DNA of 64,000 bases from Centroscyllium fabricii (lineage: Eukaryota): NCBI GenBank assembly GCA_051313645.2, contig JBNRSN020000011.1:120838001-120902000 (forward strand), in the 5' to 3' direction. The notes below the pieces were generated by a model. That model did no database searches. It was not told where the DNA came from and worked only from the letters and a program-made list of their open reading frames with translations. Each line of letters starts with the position of its first letter. Within the stretch, counting starts at the first letter, position 1. The translations under genes and the position numbers were made by a program. Positions 1 to 12,900 of this stretch are shown in pieces.

Positions 1-561
1 TCTTCCTGCATCTAGTTTGTCCAGACCTGTCAGAAATTTGTAAGTTTCGATGAGATCCCCTCTCATTCTTCTAAACTTCAGCGAATATTAGCCCAATCGA
101 CCCAATCTCTCCTCATACCTGGGATGGCAGGAATGACGCATCAGTCTTGTGAATCTTCGCTGAACTCCTTCCATGGCAAGAACATTCTTCCTCAGATGAG
201 GCGACCAAAACTGCACAGTACTCAAGGTGTGGTCTCACCAAGGCCCTGTACAACTGCAGCAGGACATCCTTGTTCCTGTACTCGAACCCTTTCGCTATGA
301 AGGTCAACATACCAATTGCCTTCTTCTCCGCCTGCTGCACCTGCATGCTTACCTTCAACGACTGGTGCACAAGAACACCCAGGTCTCGTTGCACTTCCCC
401 ATCTCCCAATCTATTGCCATTCAGATAATAGTCTGCCTTTCTGTTTTTGACACCAAAGTGGATAACCTCGCATTTATCCACGTTATATTGCATCTGCCAC
501 GCTTCTGCCCAATCACCCAACCTGTCCAAATCATCCTGGAGTTTCTCGGTATCATCCTCGC
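1..561 (-). mobile_element. CR1-clade (HER1-like) LINE fragment, RT C-terminal region
   Basis: ORF 113..598 reads [30 protein letters not shown]...LVRPHLEYC, typical of CR1 ORF2. Near-identical to the copy at 1890-2852. Confidence 0.9.
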
Positions 562-705
562 TGTGTGAGTCAGTGGGTTTGTAGAGAATGTTGGTCAATA
601 ACCTATTCCCAGAGATGGAGACGGAGATGGCGAGGAAGGGAAGGGAAGAGTCGGAGATAGACCATGTGAAGGGGTGGGAAGGGTGGAAATTGGAGGCGAA
701 GTATT
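562..705 (-). mobile_element. Penelope-like element RT fragment
   Basis: The minus strand translates roughly as FASNFHP..FTWSISDSSLPFLAISVSISGNRLLTNILYKPTDSHS. This matches the PLE RT motifs LPFLD and YRKPT. Confidence 0.75.
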
Positions 706-888
706 TTCAGGACCAGCATCCTTGGACTGGCTGAAAATCATGAGCATCCTGTCACAACTGTGATGTTGGGAGGATGACTGAAAAGACATTGATTTTGCAT
801 CCTGCTCCTATCATGTAATGAGCAGCAGAGAAACCAGAACGGAATGACTGGATAACAAAATTATATGAATCGCTACAAAAAACAGATT

Positions 889-1005
889 GGCCCAGAATTT
901 GCTGTGTGTAACAACAACCAAACGATCGCGAGATCTCTGTGGGAAGCTTACATTGGGGCCAGCAAGAAACGCCTTTGCTTCGCCGCTGGCTGCAAATTAC
1001 AGGCC
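889..1005. mobile_element. small degenerate MITE (possibly Harbinger-like)
   Basis: Imperfect TIRs ggcccagaatttgc / gcaaattacaggcc. Confidence 0.4.
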
Positions 1006-1438
1006 AATAATGCACACGTTCATGATACCTCTGGGCAGTGAGTTTGCTAATCATGGTCAAATCAACTGATGTTTAAGGGGAAGAAAATGACTACAAAAGA
1101 ATCTGTTCGCAAATATAGCTTCTAGCAATTTGATCAAAATTTAACTGTATTTGTAGACATCTGTAAACCCCACTGCCCTACCTCTGAACTGACAACAGTG
1201 TGGATGGAGATAATTATCTGGTATGAAAGCAGGCACAATATGAAAAATTGTTCATCAAAAATGACTGAAATCCAGAAGAGAGAGGGAGAGATAAAGTGAG
1301 AGTTTTCTGACTATGGCTGTGAGCACCAGATCAACTAGGAAATTACTATTTATGATACATATACATTTAATTATACGGGATTTTGTTTTGGTGTTCTCAG
1401 TTTTGGTGCTGTATCCCCCAGCCATCCTCTCCCTAATA

Positions 1439-1800
1439 CAGGAAACTCTCGTTTAAATGGCACCTAAATATCCGGAGTTCTCTATTAACCGGCAAAATTC
1501 AGGAGTAGGTTCAGGTATGTTTTACTTCATAATCGTGGCAGTTCCTGGATCTGTGGCCATGTAATCAGGTTCCTGCACATGTTGCTAAGCAACAGGGAAG
1601 CCTACATTTTGTTGCCGTCTTTTGTTACACATGTTGCTAAGCAACAGGGAAGCCTGCATTTCGTTGTCGTCTTTTGTTACACATGTTGCTAAGCAACAGG
1701 GAAGCCTCTCGTAACTTTTAACAATACCTCTCTGTAATCTGGACTTCTTGATAAACCGGCACCATGCTGGTCCCGTCGGAGCCGGATAAAAAGTTTCCTG
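1439..1800. mobile_element. Tc1/mariner-type MITE with an internal 52-bp x3 repeat
   Basis: TA|caggaaact ... agtttcctg|TA. An inverted sister copy lies at 27752-28177. Confidence 0.85.
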
Positions 1801-1889
1801 TACTGGAGAATTAATGACTGGGTCAATAGAACTTTATTGACCAAAGCCAGAGTTTTATAACCGGGAAACTTTACACCTGATACCTGGGA

Positions 1890-2852
1890 GTAATGATCTA
1901 GACGAGGGAACTAGATGTAATATCTCCAAGTTTGCAGATGACACAAAACTGGGTGGGCATGTGTGCTGTGAGGAGGATGCCGAGAAACTCCAGTATGATT
2001 TGGACAGGTTGGGTGAGTGGGCAGAAGCATGGCAGATGCAATATAACGTGAATAAATGCGAGGTTATCCACTTTGGTGTCAAAAACAGGAAGGCAAATGA
2101 TCTGAATGGCAATAGATTAAGAGGAGGGGAAGTGCAACGGGACCTGGGTGTCCTTGTGCACCAGTCGTTGAAGGTAAGCATGCAGGTGCAACAGGCGGTT
2201 AAGAAGGCAAATGGTATGTTGGCCTTCGTAGCGAGAGGGTTTGAGTACAGGAACAAGGATGTCTTGTTGCAGTAGGACAGGGCCTTGGTGAGACCACACC
2301 TTGAGTATTGTGTGCAGTTTTGGTCGCCTTATCTGAGGAAGGGTGTTCTTGCCATGGAGGGAATGCAGTGAAGATTCACCAGGTTGATACCTGGGATGGC
2401 AGGAATGACATATAAGGAGAGATTGGGTCGATTGGGCTTATACTCGCTGGAGTTTAGAAGAATGAGAGGGGATCTCATTGAAACTTATAAAATTCTAACA
2501 GGACTAAACAGACTAGATACAGAAAGGATGTTCCCGATGGTCAGGAGTCCAGAACCGGGGTCACAGTCTAAGGAGAAGGGATAAGCCATTTAGGACAGAG
2601 ATGATGAGGAACTTCTTCACCCAGAGAGTGGTGAACCATGAAATTCTCTACCACAGAAGGCCAGAGGCCAACTGATTAAATATATTCAAGAAGGAGTTGG
2701 ATATATTTCTTAAAGCTAAAGGGATCAAGGGATATGGGGAGAAGGCAGGAAAAGGGTACGGAGTTTGGATGATCAGCCATGATCTCATTGAATGACGGAG
2801 CAGGCTCGAAGGGCCGAATGGCTGACTCCTGCTCCTATCTTCAATGTTTCTA
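1890..2852 (+). mobile_element. 5'-truncated CR1 (HER1-like) LINE
   Basis: [11 protein letters not shown] motif and CR1 RT C-terminus. The 3' tail ggctcgaagggccgaatgg...ctcctgctcctat is shared with the HE1-type SINEs. Confidence 0.9.
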
Positions 2853-3289
2853 AGTGATGATAAGAGAGCAGTTGAACGGAGGAGAATGGATGTGCTCACA
2901 AACTGTAAGAACAAAGCTCAAGCAGTTTTATCTAAATCCATGTTGGAGATTACACTTCAAAACCATCACCATCTATCTTCTTCATCTAATACACTGTAGT
3001 TTATGAAATGGTCGGATATGGTTTTAGATCTTTTTTTCTGACAATGGGCAACATAGCAAACACATCATCTCCTTTACAGGTGACCATGTCCACACAATGC
3101 TGATACAATCACTGCAAGTTTATCATTGATAATCAACAAAAGATCACCAGGAAACAAAGCAGTATGTAAGAGTTGCACAAAACAAAAGCTGACTGGAAGC
3201 ATACATTATGGGTTATAACACAATCTCAAGGTTCTGATCACTAAAACATAAATCATTTTCATGGTTTAGGACATAAAAACGCTTCATGG

Positions 3290-3840
3290 GCTGTAACCAC
3301 TATTTTCAGAACGCAGATTATTGAATGAGAACCCATCAACCTCATGAGTGAACTTTTTGCAGATGACCATGCTCTGGAGATGCATAGTCAGGAAATGCAG
3401 CTCATTAATAACCAACTTACCATGCCTAAGAAAACAGAGGTCCTGCATCAGTCCGCCCCAGGAAAGCACTACACCAGACCAGCCATCAGAAAGACCAGCT
3501 CCATGTTCAGAAGTCTTGAAATTAGTCTGGGGCTAAGTGTACAAGAAAGAGTGCAGGGCTGTTATCATCATCCTTCTATGTGGAAGTGAGTCCTGCATGT
3601 TACCACCATCATGTTGGACTGCTTTACAAGTTCCACCTCCAACACCGGAGGTCCATTATACACATCAAATGGCAGGACATTATCACCCACTGTAAGATAC
3701 TGAGCCCACTCAGACCATCAGCATTGAGGCGATGCGGACAAGAGCAAAACTGCACTGGTCAGTGTTGTTGGTATGAAAAGCTCCATAATACCAAAAAGGA
3801 TCCTTTGTAGCAAGCGCAAACAAGGCAAGTGCAAGTAGAA
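3290..3840 (+). mobile_element. old degraded RTE-clade LINE fragment
   Basis: Remnants ELFADD, KKTEVLHQSAPGKHY and RSIIHIKWQD are typical of RTE ORFs. Confidence 0.65.
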
Positions 3841-3876
3841 TGGACAATCTGAAGCACAATCTCTAGCTATGTAATA

Positions 3877-4253
3877 CAGGTTGAGCACCGGTAATCCGGC
3901 ACCCTCGAGGCCAGGCCGGTGCCAGACCACTAAAAATTCCGAACCACTGAAGGTTCAGGGAGAGCGCGCGGTAGAACACTCCCCGGGGCCCGGAGCGCGC
4001 AGTAGAATACTGCCCGAGGCCCGGAGCGCGCAGTAGAACACTCCCCGGGAGGGAGCCCAGCGATAGAACACTTTCAAAACCTAAAAAACCAGAAACCCAA
4101 ACGCCCGACGCCGTCAGCACTCGCTCACCCTTCCCGGGAAACGGTGGCGCCGCCGAGCGGCTGCTCCACAAAATGAAAAGCACCGGTTTCCAATCGTGCC
4201 AAACCACTGAAGCTGCCGGACCATCAGGTGCTGGATTATCGGTGCTCAACCTG
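3877..4253. mobile_element. Tc1/mariner-type MITE (CAGGTTGAGCACCG family)
   Basis: TA|caggttgagcaccg ... cggtgctcaacctg|TA. Internal ~31-bp repeats of gagcgcgcagtagaacactccccgg. Confidence 0.9.
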
Positions 4254-6499
4254 TATCAATGGCAACAACTCCAGAAATCTCATGACTGATTGCACAAACT
4301 AGTGAGCAGCATTACATGGCAGTGTCAGCTGGTTATGAGCACCAGCGCACAGAACCCGCGAAGGAGGAACAGCAGCAGCGGAAAAATGAACAGTAGCAGG
4401 TGCCAACCCCAGTTTGGGTTTGTAAAATGTGCAGCAGAGGCTGCCTCTCATATTGGCCTTGGTAGTTATAAGCATACTCATCAGGATTGATCCTCTTTCC
4501 AACAAGTATCATCTTAGCGTGCAACTAACTGTCACGACCAATATCAATCTAACTTTAATGTGGAAAGTGCTTCATATACCACTAAAAGTAGCGACACTGG
4601 TCAACAAAGCCATAAAAAAGGCAAACCAAGCACTAGGGTTTATTTCAAAACCACCAACTGTATTTTGCTCTCAAATATCCAATTCTATTAAAAATTTGGA
4701 TCGTTTTTACGAGCTGTATATCCAACTATAAACCTATTTGAGTACACTTCAAAAGTATTTCATTGGCTGTCAAGTGCTCTGGGTCATCCTGAGGTTGTGA
4801 AAGCACTTTATAAATGCAAGTTCTGTCTTTCTTTTGGGTTCTATGAACAGCTCACCAAGACACTAATTTGCACTTACAGAATTTTCAATATGGAGTGGGG
4901 GGGGAAGGGAGTCCCGATTTTTAAACAGATAATAATTGTCAGCTGACAACAAAGACTATTGAAGTATGACATTTACTTATTATAGCCCCCTGGAAATTTC
5001 ATAAAAAGCTTTTTTATAATGTTGTTTATTTACAAAAGTTCAATGGGTGACTGTAGCCTGTCAGCTTTATCCCAATCGTGAAGAAGGCCCTGGTAACACA
5101 TTCATAACTTTGAGACTATTTTCATCAACATTTTCCCCCCATCTTGTTTTCTTCTATTATCTTCCTTTACTTTTCTTCCTCTGAGAGTGGCAATTAATGA
5201 TGGGATAAGGATATACAGGCAGCAATAGCTCTCCAATACCTTAACCAAATGGTCACTACTTGATTTGAGCTTGCACAATAGCAGCAAGTTTGTTGACCTT
5301 GTAATGTGTCCACACTCAGGGGCTGCACACACACACACTTCGAAAAGCATGACAGTCGTCACAGGAGAATCCTGGCATTTTTTGCTTCTCTAATCCAGGG
5401 AAGCGGAGGCAAAATGTAGCATCCTTACTTCCACCCTGGGTGAAATTGCCCAACAATAAGTTGTTGATCCTTATTGTTCAGTGTAGCATTACAAAATGCA
5501 CTCGGCCACTGAGCCATTGAGGATAAACAGATTTTATATGAAGTATTTTATGTTCACTTATATAACGACAAACAAATCTTGACGCTACAAATGAGGTCAA
5601 TCCATTAAACAGAGTACTTATTATCTGCAAAGGACAATTAGCTAGCCAGACGTAAATCATTCGGAGAAGGTGGTTACAAGCAGTGGAAAGTAATTATGCC
5701 AAGCTTTTTTTAAACTTCTACCAAATTTATTGTTAACAGTTTATTAGCTCTATATACAAGTGCATGTGGTGGGGGGAGAAGAGACGAGTGGGCTGGGTGT
5801 GATTAATCTTTCAAAAGCACAGTTCATTTCATCATGGCATCATGTACAATAATGATGAATAGGCGTCAGCACGATAGGAAACACCACAAGGGGATAGCAC
5901 CAAAACACAAAAAAAAATCTATTTTTCTCTAGAGGCAAAGCAGCCAGCCTAGCTTACAAAGAAAATAAACTCTTGAGCTCACTAGACCTTACCTCGCATG
6001 AAACAGGAAGGGAAGACTTGTAGTCGAGAAAACATGAGAGCAGATGCTACTGCCTCCTTTCCAAGATATGTAACAGTAGTAAATTTTACAAGGATAATTA
6101 TAGCCAATTTGAAACTTATTAGCTGTAATTAAAATTCTTGGCTGTAGCTGTGGTATCCGATTGCATTCAGATCACTCTCCACATACTGGAATTAAATAGT
6201 TCTGCATAAGAGGCTTCTCTACAAGATAGAATCATCTGGAATTAGTGGTAATCTACTGCGCTGGATTGCGAATTGGCTGAATGCCCATAGGCAGAAAGTG
6301 GTTATCAATGGATTTGGACCTGCTTGGAGACTGGTCACCAGTCGTATCATCCATTTCACAATCTGATGTGTTTAGTTTGCCACTTTCCAAAGTCAAGGAG
6401 ATCATGACAGCTTTATGTCTGTCTTAGTAAACTTAACACAGTAACAAGAATGTCTACTTAAGCCCTGGGTAAACCCTAACCCTAATCTCTAGACTTCCC

Positions 6500-6668
6500 C
6501 CCCATAACCTCTCCACCTCCCTTTCCTCTTTTAAGACGCTCCTTAAAACCTACCCCTCTGACCTTTTGTGGCTCGGTGTTGAATTTTGTTCGATAACACT
6601 CTTGTGAAGCACTGTGGGACATTTTACTATGTTAAAGACACTATATAAATGCAAGTTGTTATTGTTGT
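6500..6668 (+). mobile_element. L2 LINE 3' end
   Basis: Tail gtgaagcactgtgggacattttactatgttaaag...aaatgcaagttgtt, as at ~41060-41125. Confidence 0.7.
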
Positions 6669-8074
6669 AACAAGTGACATCAGACACTGTGCATGTAAAG
6701 TCACAATCTAGTTAATAGGAGTCAAGGACTCGCTTACAGCAATGGTCCTTGGTGCAGAGCACAAGAGAAATATCGAGACAAAGACTAAAAATGTAAAATC
6801 ACATCTTAGTTAAATCAGATGGCAAGATGCCAGGTAGGTGTGGCACTGGTCTATGAAAAGCTAAAACAAAAGAATAAACCCTCAACCAAAATAAAACTGT
6901 TCTTAAAATATTTTATGCCTTTTTCAGGCCACCCAACTCATGAAAATATTCTCATCACAAACAATGTTGGGTTGTATTCAGTAGATTGGGCGGATTATAT
7001 AAACGCAATTTAAATCATTAGTAGATATATCATTTTACAAACCTTTTCTGCGTGTGACAGTAGCAAGTCAACAGAGAATAGGTTGCAGACTATAGAGAAA
7101 GATGATATTCATAGAAACATGTCGTGGCAGAATAATGAAAATGAAGATGAACATTATAACAACTTGCATTTACATAGTGCCAAAAGAAGTGGGTTTTCAG
7201 GAGGGCCTTAAAGGGGGAGAGGGAGATGGAGAGGCAGAAGGTTTAGGTTGTGAATTCCAGAGGTTCTAAGTGGCTGAAGGCACAGCTACTAAACACTGTA
7301 AAAAAATAAAGATACTCAAAGTACTAAGCATGGTGCAAAAATATGAATGCTTAACTTCTATGCTTTACGAACAGTATTGAGGGACAGCTCCAGTCAGGAA
7401 ATGGTGCTTTTTGTAGAGGATGACCAGGAGGAAAGAGAAAACAATGAGAAGGAAAAAAATAACCATTGAACAAAAGCAGGCTCCACAACAAGAACTGACC
7501 ACTTGCCAAATTCAGAGCAGCAAAATATTAATGTTTGGTGGTATGATCACTATGGGGAGAAGATGGTGATTTCACAACAAACATGACAAAAGAACCACTG
7601 CAAGCAATATAACAAGCTTTCTAAAAAATGTCAAATGCATTCCAGATTTAATTTGAGGTTAGTGCTCAACTTTTTCATTTTAACGTCGAGATTTCCACAG
7701 ACCTGAACTGCAAACAAGAAAAGTTTCAAACTAATTACTGCCACAATGAAAATCAATGAACGACCGCCAAACGTCTCTACCAGTTCCCTGCATGGCCTGA
7801 GAAAGTAGTTAATTATCTAGAAAAATTCAGTGCCACATTTGAAAAGCTCTTATGAAATTAGATTCTTATCGTATTCATAATTACTCCCGTTTGAAACAGA
7901 ACCAAAAAGCTTTAACCGATTGACAACTGAATCATTCTTCTGGTTCGTTAAAATATTGCGGTGGATGAGACGGGGGTAGGAGAGCACAAGCTGAACTGTA
8001 CTAGATCCCCGCTCTCAAAATTCCACTTATAAATTTAACGAAGCCAACCAAAGTCAACCTGTGATAGTCATTTA

Positions 8075-8986
8075 CAGTCAAAGCTGCGTTAGCGGCCACC
8101 TCCACAGAATGGCCACCTGTTCATAGCGGCCACATCGGATTCTCCCCAGAGAGAAAAACAATGTAGTAAGCCCTGTACAGAACGGCCCCCTGTCCAACAC
8201 GGCCAACGGCCACCTGTTCTGTACCCCTCCAGCACTTTCCTACAGCGGTCAGTGAGCTGGGCTCCGAGTGCGTTCCCTTGGCCGAGCTGGGCTCCGCTGG
8301 GCCGGGCTGGTTTCCGAGTGGGCTCCCTTGGCCGGGCTGGGCTTCGGGTGGGCTCTGCTGGCCCGGGCTGGGCTTCGGGTGGGCTCTGCTGGCCCGGGCT
8401 GGGCTCCGAGTGCGTTCCCTTGGCCGAGCTGGGCTCCGCTGGGCCGGGCTGGTTTCCGAGTGGGCTCCGCTGGGCCCGGCTGGGCTCCAAGTGGGCTCCC
8501 TTGGCCGGGCTGGGCTTCGGGTGGGCTCTGCTGGCCCGGGCTGGGCTCCGAGTGCACTCCCTTGGCCGGGCTGGGCTTCGGGTGGGCTCTGCTGGGCCGA
8601 GGTGGGCTCCCTTGGCCGGGCTGGGCTCCGAGTGTGCTCCCTTGGCCGGGCTGGGCTCCGCTGCACCGGGCTGGGCTCTGAGCAGGCTCCCTGGGTCGGG
8701 CTGGGCTCCGAGTGTGCTCCCTGGGTCGGGCTGGGCTCCGAGTGGGCTGGGCTCCGAGTGGGCTCCGCCGGGCCGGGCTGCCAACCGGGGCCTACATCTT
8801 CCCGGACCGGCCCGGCCGGCTCTGAATGGTGTCCAGCAGGGCTGCGGAGAGTCTCCGTCTCCCTCTCCTCTCACACACACACAGCCCGTGTACACGTAGA
8901 TAAAAACAAAATGGCCGCCGTCAACCTGTCTATAAAGGCCACTTTTTGCCTTTCCAGTGAGTGGCCATTCTGTACAGGTTTGACTG
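8075..8986. mobile_element. Tc1/mariner-type non-autonomous element with a GC-rich minisatellite (8255-8790)
   Basis: TA|cagtcaaagctg ... caggtttgactg|TA with subterminal ggccacct repeats. The interior is gggctgggctccgagtg / cccttggcc units. Confidence 0.85.
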
Positions 8987-9004
8987 TACTTGAGTGTATT
9001 TAGG

Positions 9005-9830
9005 AACATAGGTTTTGCTGGATGAAAAGAAAATCTCCATCTAGTTCGCGGTCTACCATCCTGGTAGTTTCATGATACAATGATAACAGAGTTGTTGACT
9101 AATCCTTGCAATCAATCTATCAATTAGGCTACAACAGACCCAGAAATTACAACAACAAACCCCAGTGGTGGAGAGCTTTGGGAACCATAGGTCTAAAGTC
9201 ACCTTTTTCCTCCTAAGCATGGTACACCACCCATATCTCAACTCAAATTACTCATATACAGCATCCTAAATTGCTATTTTCTTTAAGAAATATATGCGTA
9301 GTCGGAGCAGCGGGTCGTCATGGTGTGAGCACCGGGGTCGGCGTCGCTGTCATCCCCCCGGCCTTGGCGGATGGAATGGATCAGACTGAGACTTACAGGA
9401 GAGGACATTTTAATATCTTCATCGTTCCTTGGGAGGTTGCATGTTTGCATTTCGTTGTATTGTGTATGTTCACTTTACAATAAATTGAACTGAATTTGCA
9501 TTTGAATGAATGAACACTAACGGCTTTCACCACCTCCCTTGGGAGCCTGTTCCATAGATTGACCACTCGTTCACCAAAATATTGTTTTCCAGATTAGTTT
9601 TGAATTTACCCCATTTCAAGCACAGGCCATGTCCTCTAGTTCTACTGTTCTGAACAATGTGAAATAATTCGTCATGATGCACATTATCTGGTCCCTTTAG
9701 TATCCTAAAAACTGCAATCATATAATCTCTCAACGTTTTCTTTTCCAATGAGAACATGCCCAATTTACATAATCACTCATCATACTCCAATCCCGCCAAC
9801 CCCTCAATCATTCTGGTTGCTTGCCATTAG
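9005..9830 (-). mobile_element. old CR1 3' fragment interrupted by a plus-strand LINE 3'UTR (about 9298-9500)
   Basis: GMFSLEKKTLRDYMIAVFRILKG...RTRGHGL is a CR1 C-terminus. The insert ends in caataaattgaactgaa. Confidence 0.65.
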
Positions 9831-9913
9831 AAAGAGGGAACTTAATACTAAATTAGTTGGAGATGATTGGATCTGGAAAGCACCCAGCTCTACCTCTCCA
9901 CCACTCCACTGAC

Positions 9914-12900
9914 TTTTTTTCATTGATGGGATGTGGGTGTCGCTGGCTGGCTAGGCCTGCATTTAGTGCCCATCCCTAATTGCCCTTGTGAAGATGGTGG
10001 TGAGCCACCTTCTTCAACCGCTGCAGTCCATATGGTGTAGGTACACCCACAATGTTGTTAGGAAGGGAGTTCCAGGATTTTGGCCCAGCGACAGTGAAGG
10101 AGCGGCGATACATGTCCAAGTTCTCTGAACATTATTAAAGACCCCACACACCCCAGACACAGTCTGTTCGCCCCCTGCCCTCCGGGAGACGCTACAGATC
10201 AATTCACACCCGCACGACTAGATTTAAGGACAGCTTCTTCCCCAGGGCTGTCAGCCTCCTGAACTCTAAAAACAAACTCCGGTACCTGCACACCTGAAAA
10301 TGTACTTTACTGTATGCATTTGCATGTAATTTATTTGCACTACTCTCGGGAGTGTCGAGTCTTCGTCTCGTTGTATTGTACTAGTACTCTGCAATGACAA
10401 AAAAACTTGAATTGAATTGAAGTCAGGATGGTGTGTGGCTTGGAGGGGAACTTGTAGGTGGTGCTGTTCCCATGCATCTACTGCCCTTGTCCTTCTAAGT
10501 GGTAGAGGTCGAGGGTTTGGAAGGTGCTGTTGAAGGAGCTTTGGCGAGTTGCTGCAGTGCATCTTGTAGATGGTACACACTGCAGCCACAGTGCGCCAGT
10601 GGTGGAGGGAGTGAATGTTGAAGGTGGTGGATGGAGTGCCAATCAAGCGGCCTGCTTTATCCTGAATGGTGTCGAGCTTCTTGGGTGTTGTTGGAGCTGC
10701 ACTCATCCAGGCAAGTGGAGAGTATTCCATCACACTCCTGACTTGTGCCTTGTAGATGGTGGAAAGGCTTTGGGGAATCAGGAGGTGAGACACTCGCCGC
10801 AGAATTCCCAGCCTCTGGCCTGCTCTTGTAGCCACAATATTTATATGGTTGGTCCAGTTCAGTTTCCGATCAATGGTAACCCCCAGGATGTTGATAGTGG
10901 GGGAATTCAGCGATGATAATGCCATTGAATGTGAAGGGGAGATGGTTAGAGTCTCGCTTGTTGGAGATGGTCATTGCCTGGCACTTGTGTGGTGCGAATG
11001 TTACTTGCCACTTGTCAGCCCAAGTCTGAATATTGTCCAGGTCTTGCTGCATATGGACACGGACTGCGTCAGTATCTGACGAGTCTCGAATGGTGCTGAA
11101 CAGTATGCAATCATCAGCGAACATCCCCACTTCTGACCTAATGATGCAGGGAAGGTCATTGATGAAACAGCTGAAGATAGTTGGGCCTAGGACACTGCCC
11201 TGAGGAACTCCTGCAGTGATGTCCTGTGGTTGAGATGAATGACCTCCAACAACCACAGCCAACTTCCTTTGTGCTCGGTATGATTACAACCAATGGAGAG
11301 TTTTCCCCTTGATTCCCATTGACTTCAGCTTTGCCAGGGCTCCTTGATGCCACACTCGATCAAATGCTGCCTTGATGTCAAGGGCAGTCACTCTCACCTC
11401 ACCTCTTTAGTTCAGCTCTTTTGTCCATGTTTGGACCAAGGCTGTAATGAGGTCAGGGGCTGAGTGGCCCTGGCGGAACCCAAACTGGACGTCAGTTAGC
11501 AGGTTATTGCTGAGTAAGTGCCGCTTGATAGCACTGTCGACGACACCTTCCATCACTTTGCTGATGATTGAGAGTTGACTGATGGGACGGTAATTGGCCG
11601 GGTGGGATTTGTCCTGCTTTTTGTAGACAGGACATCCTTGGGCAATTTTCCACATTGCTGGGTAGATGCCAGTGTTGTAGCTGTACTGGAACAGCTTGGC
11701 TCGGGGCGCAGCTAGTTCTGGAGCACAAGTCTTCAGTACTATTGCCGGAATGTTGTCAGGGCCCATAGCCTTTGCAATATCCAGTGTCTTCAGCCGTTTC
11801 TTGACATCACGTGGAGTGAATTGAATGGGCTGAAGACTGGCATCTGTGATGCTGGGGACCTCAGGAGGAGGCCGAGATGGATCATCCACTCGGCATTTCT
11901 GGCTGAAGATAGTTGCAAATGCTTCAGCCTTGTCTTTTGCACTCACGTGCTGGGCTCCACCATCGTTGAGGATGGGGATATTTTTGGAGCCTCCTCCTCC
12001 TGTTAACTGTTTAATAGTCCACCACCACTCACGACTGGATGTGGCAGGACTGCAGAGCTTTGATTTGATCCGATGGTTGTGAGATCGCTTAGCTCTGTCT
12101 ATCGCATGTTACTTCTGTTGTTTGGCATGCAAGTAGTCCTGTGTTGTAGCCTCACCAGGTTGACACCTCATTTTTCGGTATGCCTGGTGCTGTTCCCGGC
12201 ATGCTCTCCTGCACTCTTCATTAAACCAGGGTTGATCTCCCGGCTTGATGGTAATGGTGGTGAGGGATATGCTGGGCCATGAGATTACAGATTGTGGTTG
12301 AATACAATTGTGCTGCTGCTGATGGCACACAGCGCCTCCTGGATGCCCAGTTTTGAGTTGCCAGATCTGTTCAAAATCGGTCCCATTTAGCATGGTGGTA
12401 GTGCCACACAACACGGCGGAGGGTATCCTCAACATGAAGACGGGACTTCCGTCTCCACAAGGACTGTGCGGTGGTCACTTCCACCAATGCTGTCATGGAC
12501 AGATGCATCTGCAACAGGTAGATTGGTGAGGACGAGATCAAGTAGGTTTTTCCCTCTTGTTGGTTCCCTCACCACCTGTCGCAGACCCAGTCTGGCAGCT
12601 ATGTCCTTTAGGACTCGGCCAGCTCGGTCAGTTGTGGTGCTATCGAGCCACTCTTGGTGATGGACATTGAAGTCCCCCACCCAGAGGACATTTTGTGCCC
12701 TTGCTACTCTCAGTGCTTCTTCCAATTGATGTTCAACATGGAGGAGTACTGATTCATCAGCTGAGGGAGGGCGGTAGGTGGTAATTAGTAGGAGGTTTCC
12801 TTGCCCATGTTTGACTTGATGCCATGAGACCTCATGGGGTCCCGAGTCAATGTTGAGGACTCCCAGGGCTACTCCCTCCCGACTGTATACCACGGTGCCA

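Noticed and set aside
6470-6487. Telomere-like taaccc repeats
   Set aside because: Only about two units, which is expected by chance.
8089-9009. Long Pro/Gly/Ala-rich ORFs in several frames
   Set aside because: Stop-free GC-rich minisatellite inside a MITE, not a gene.
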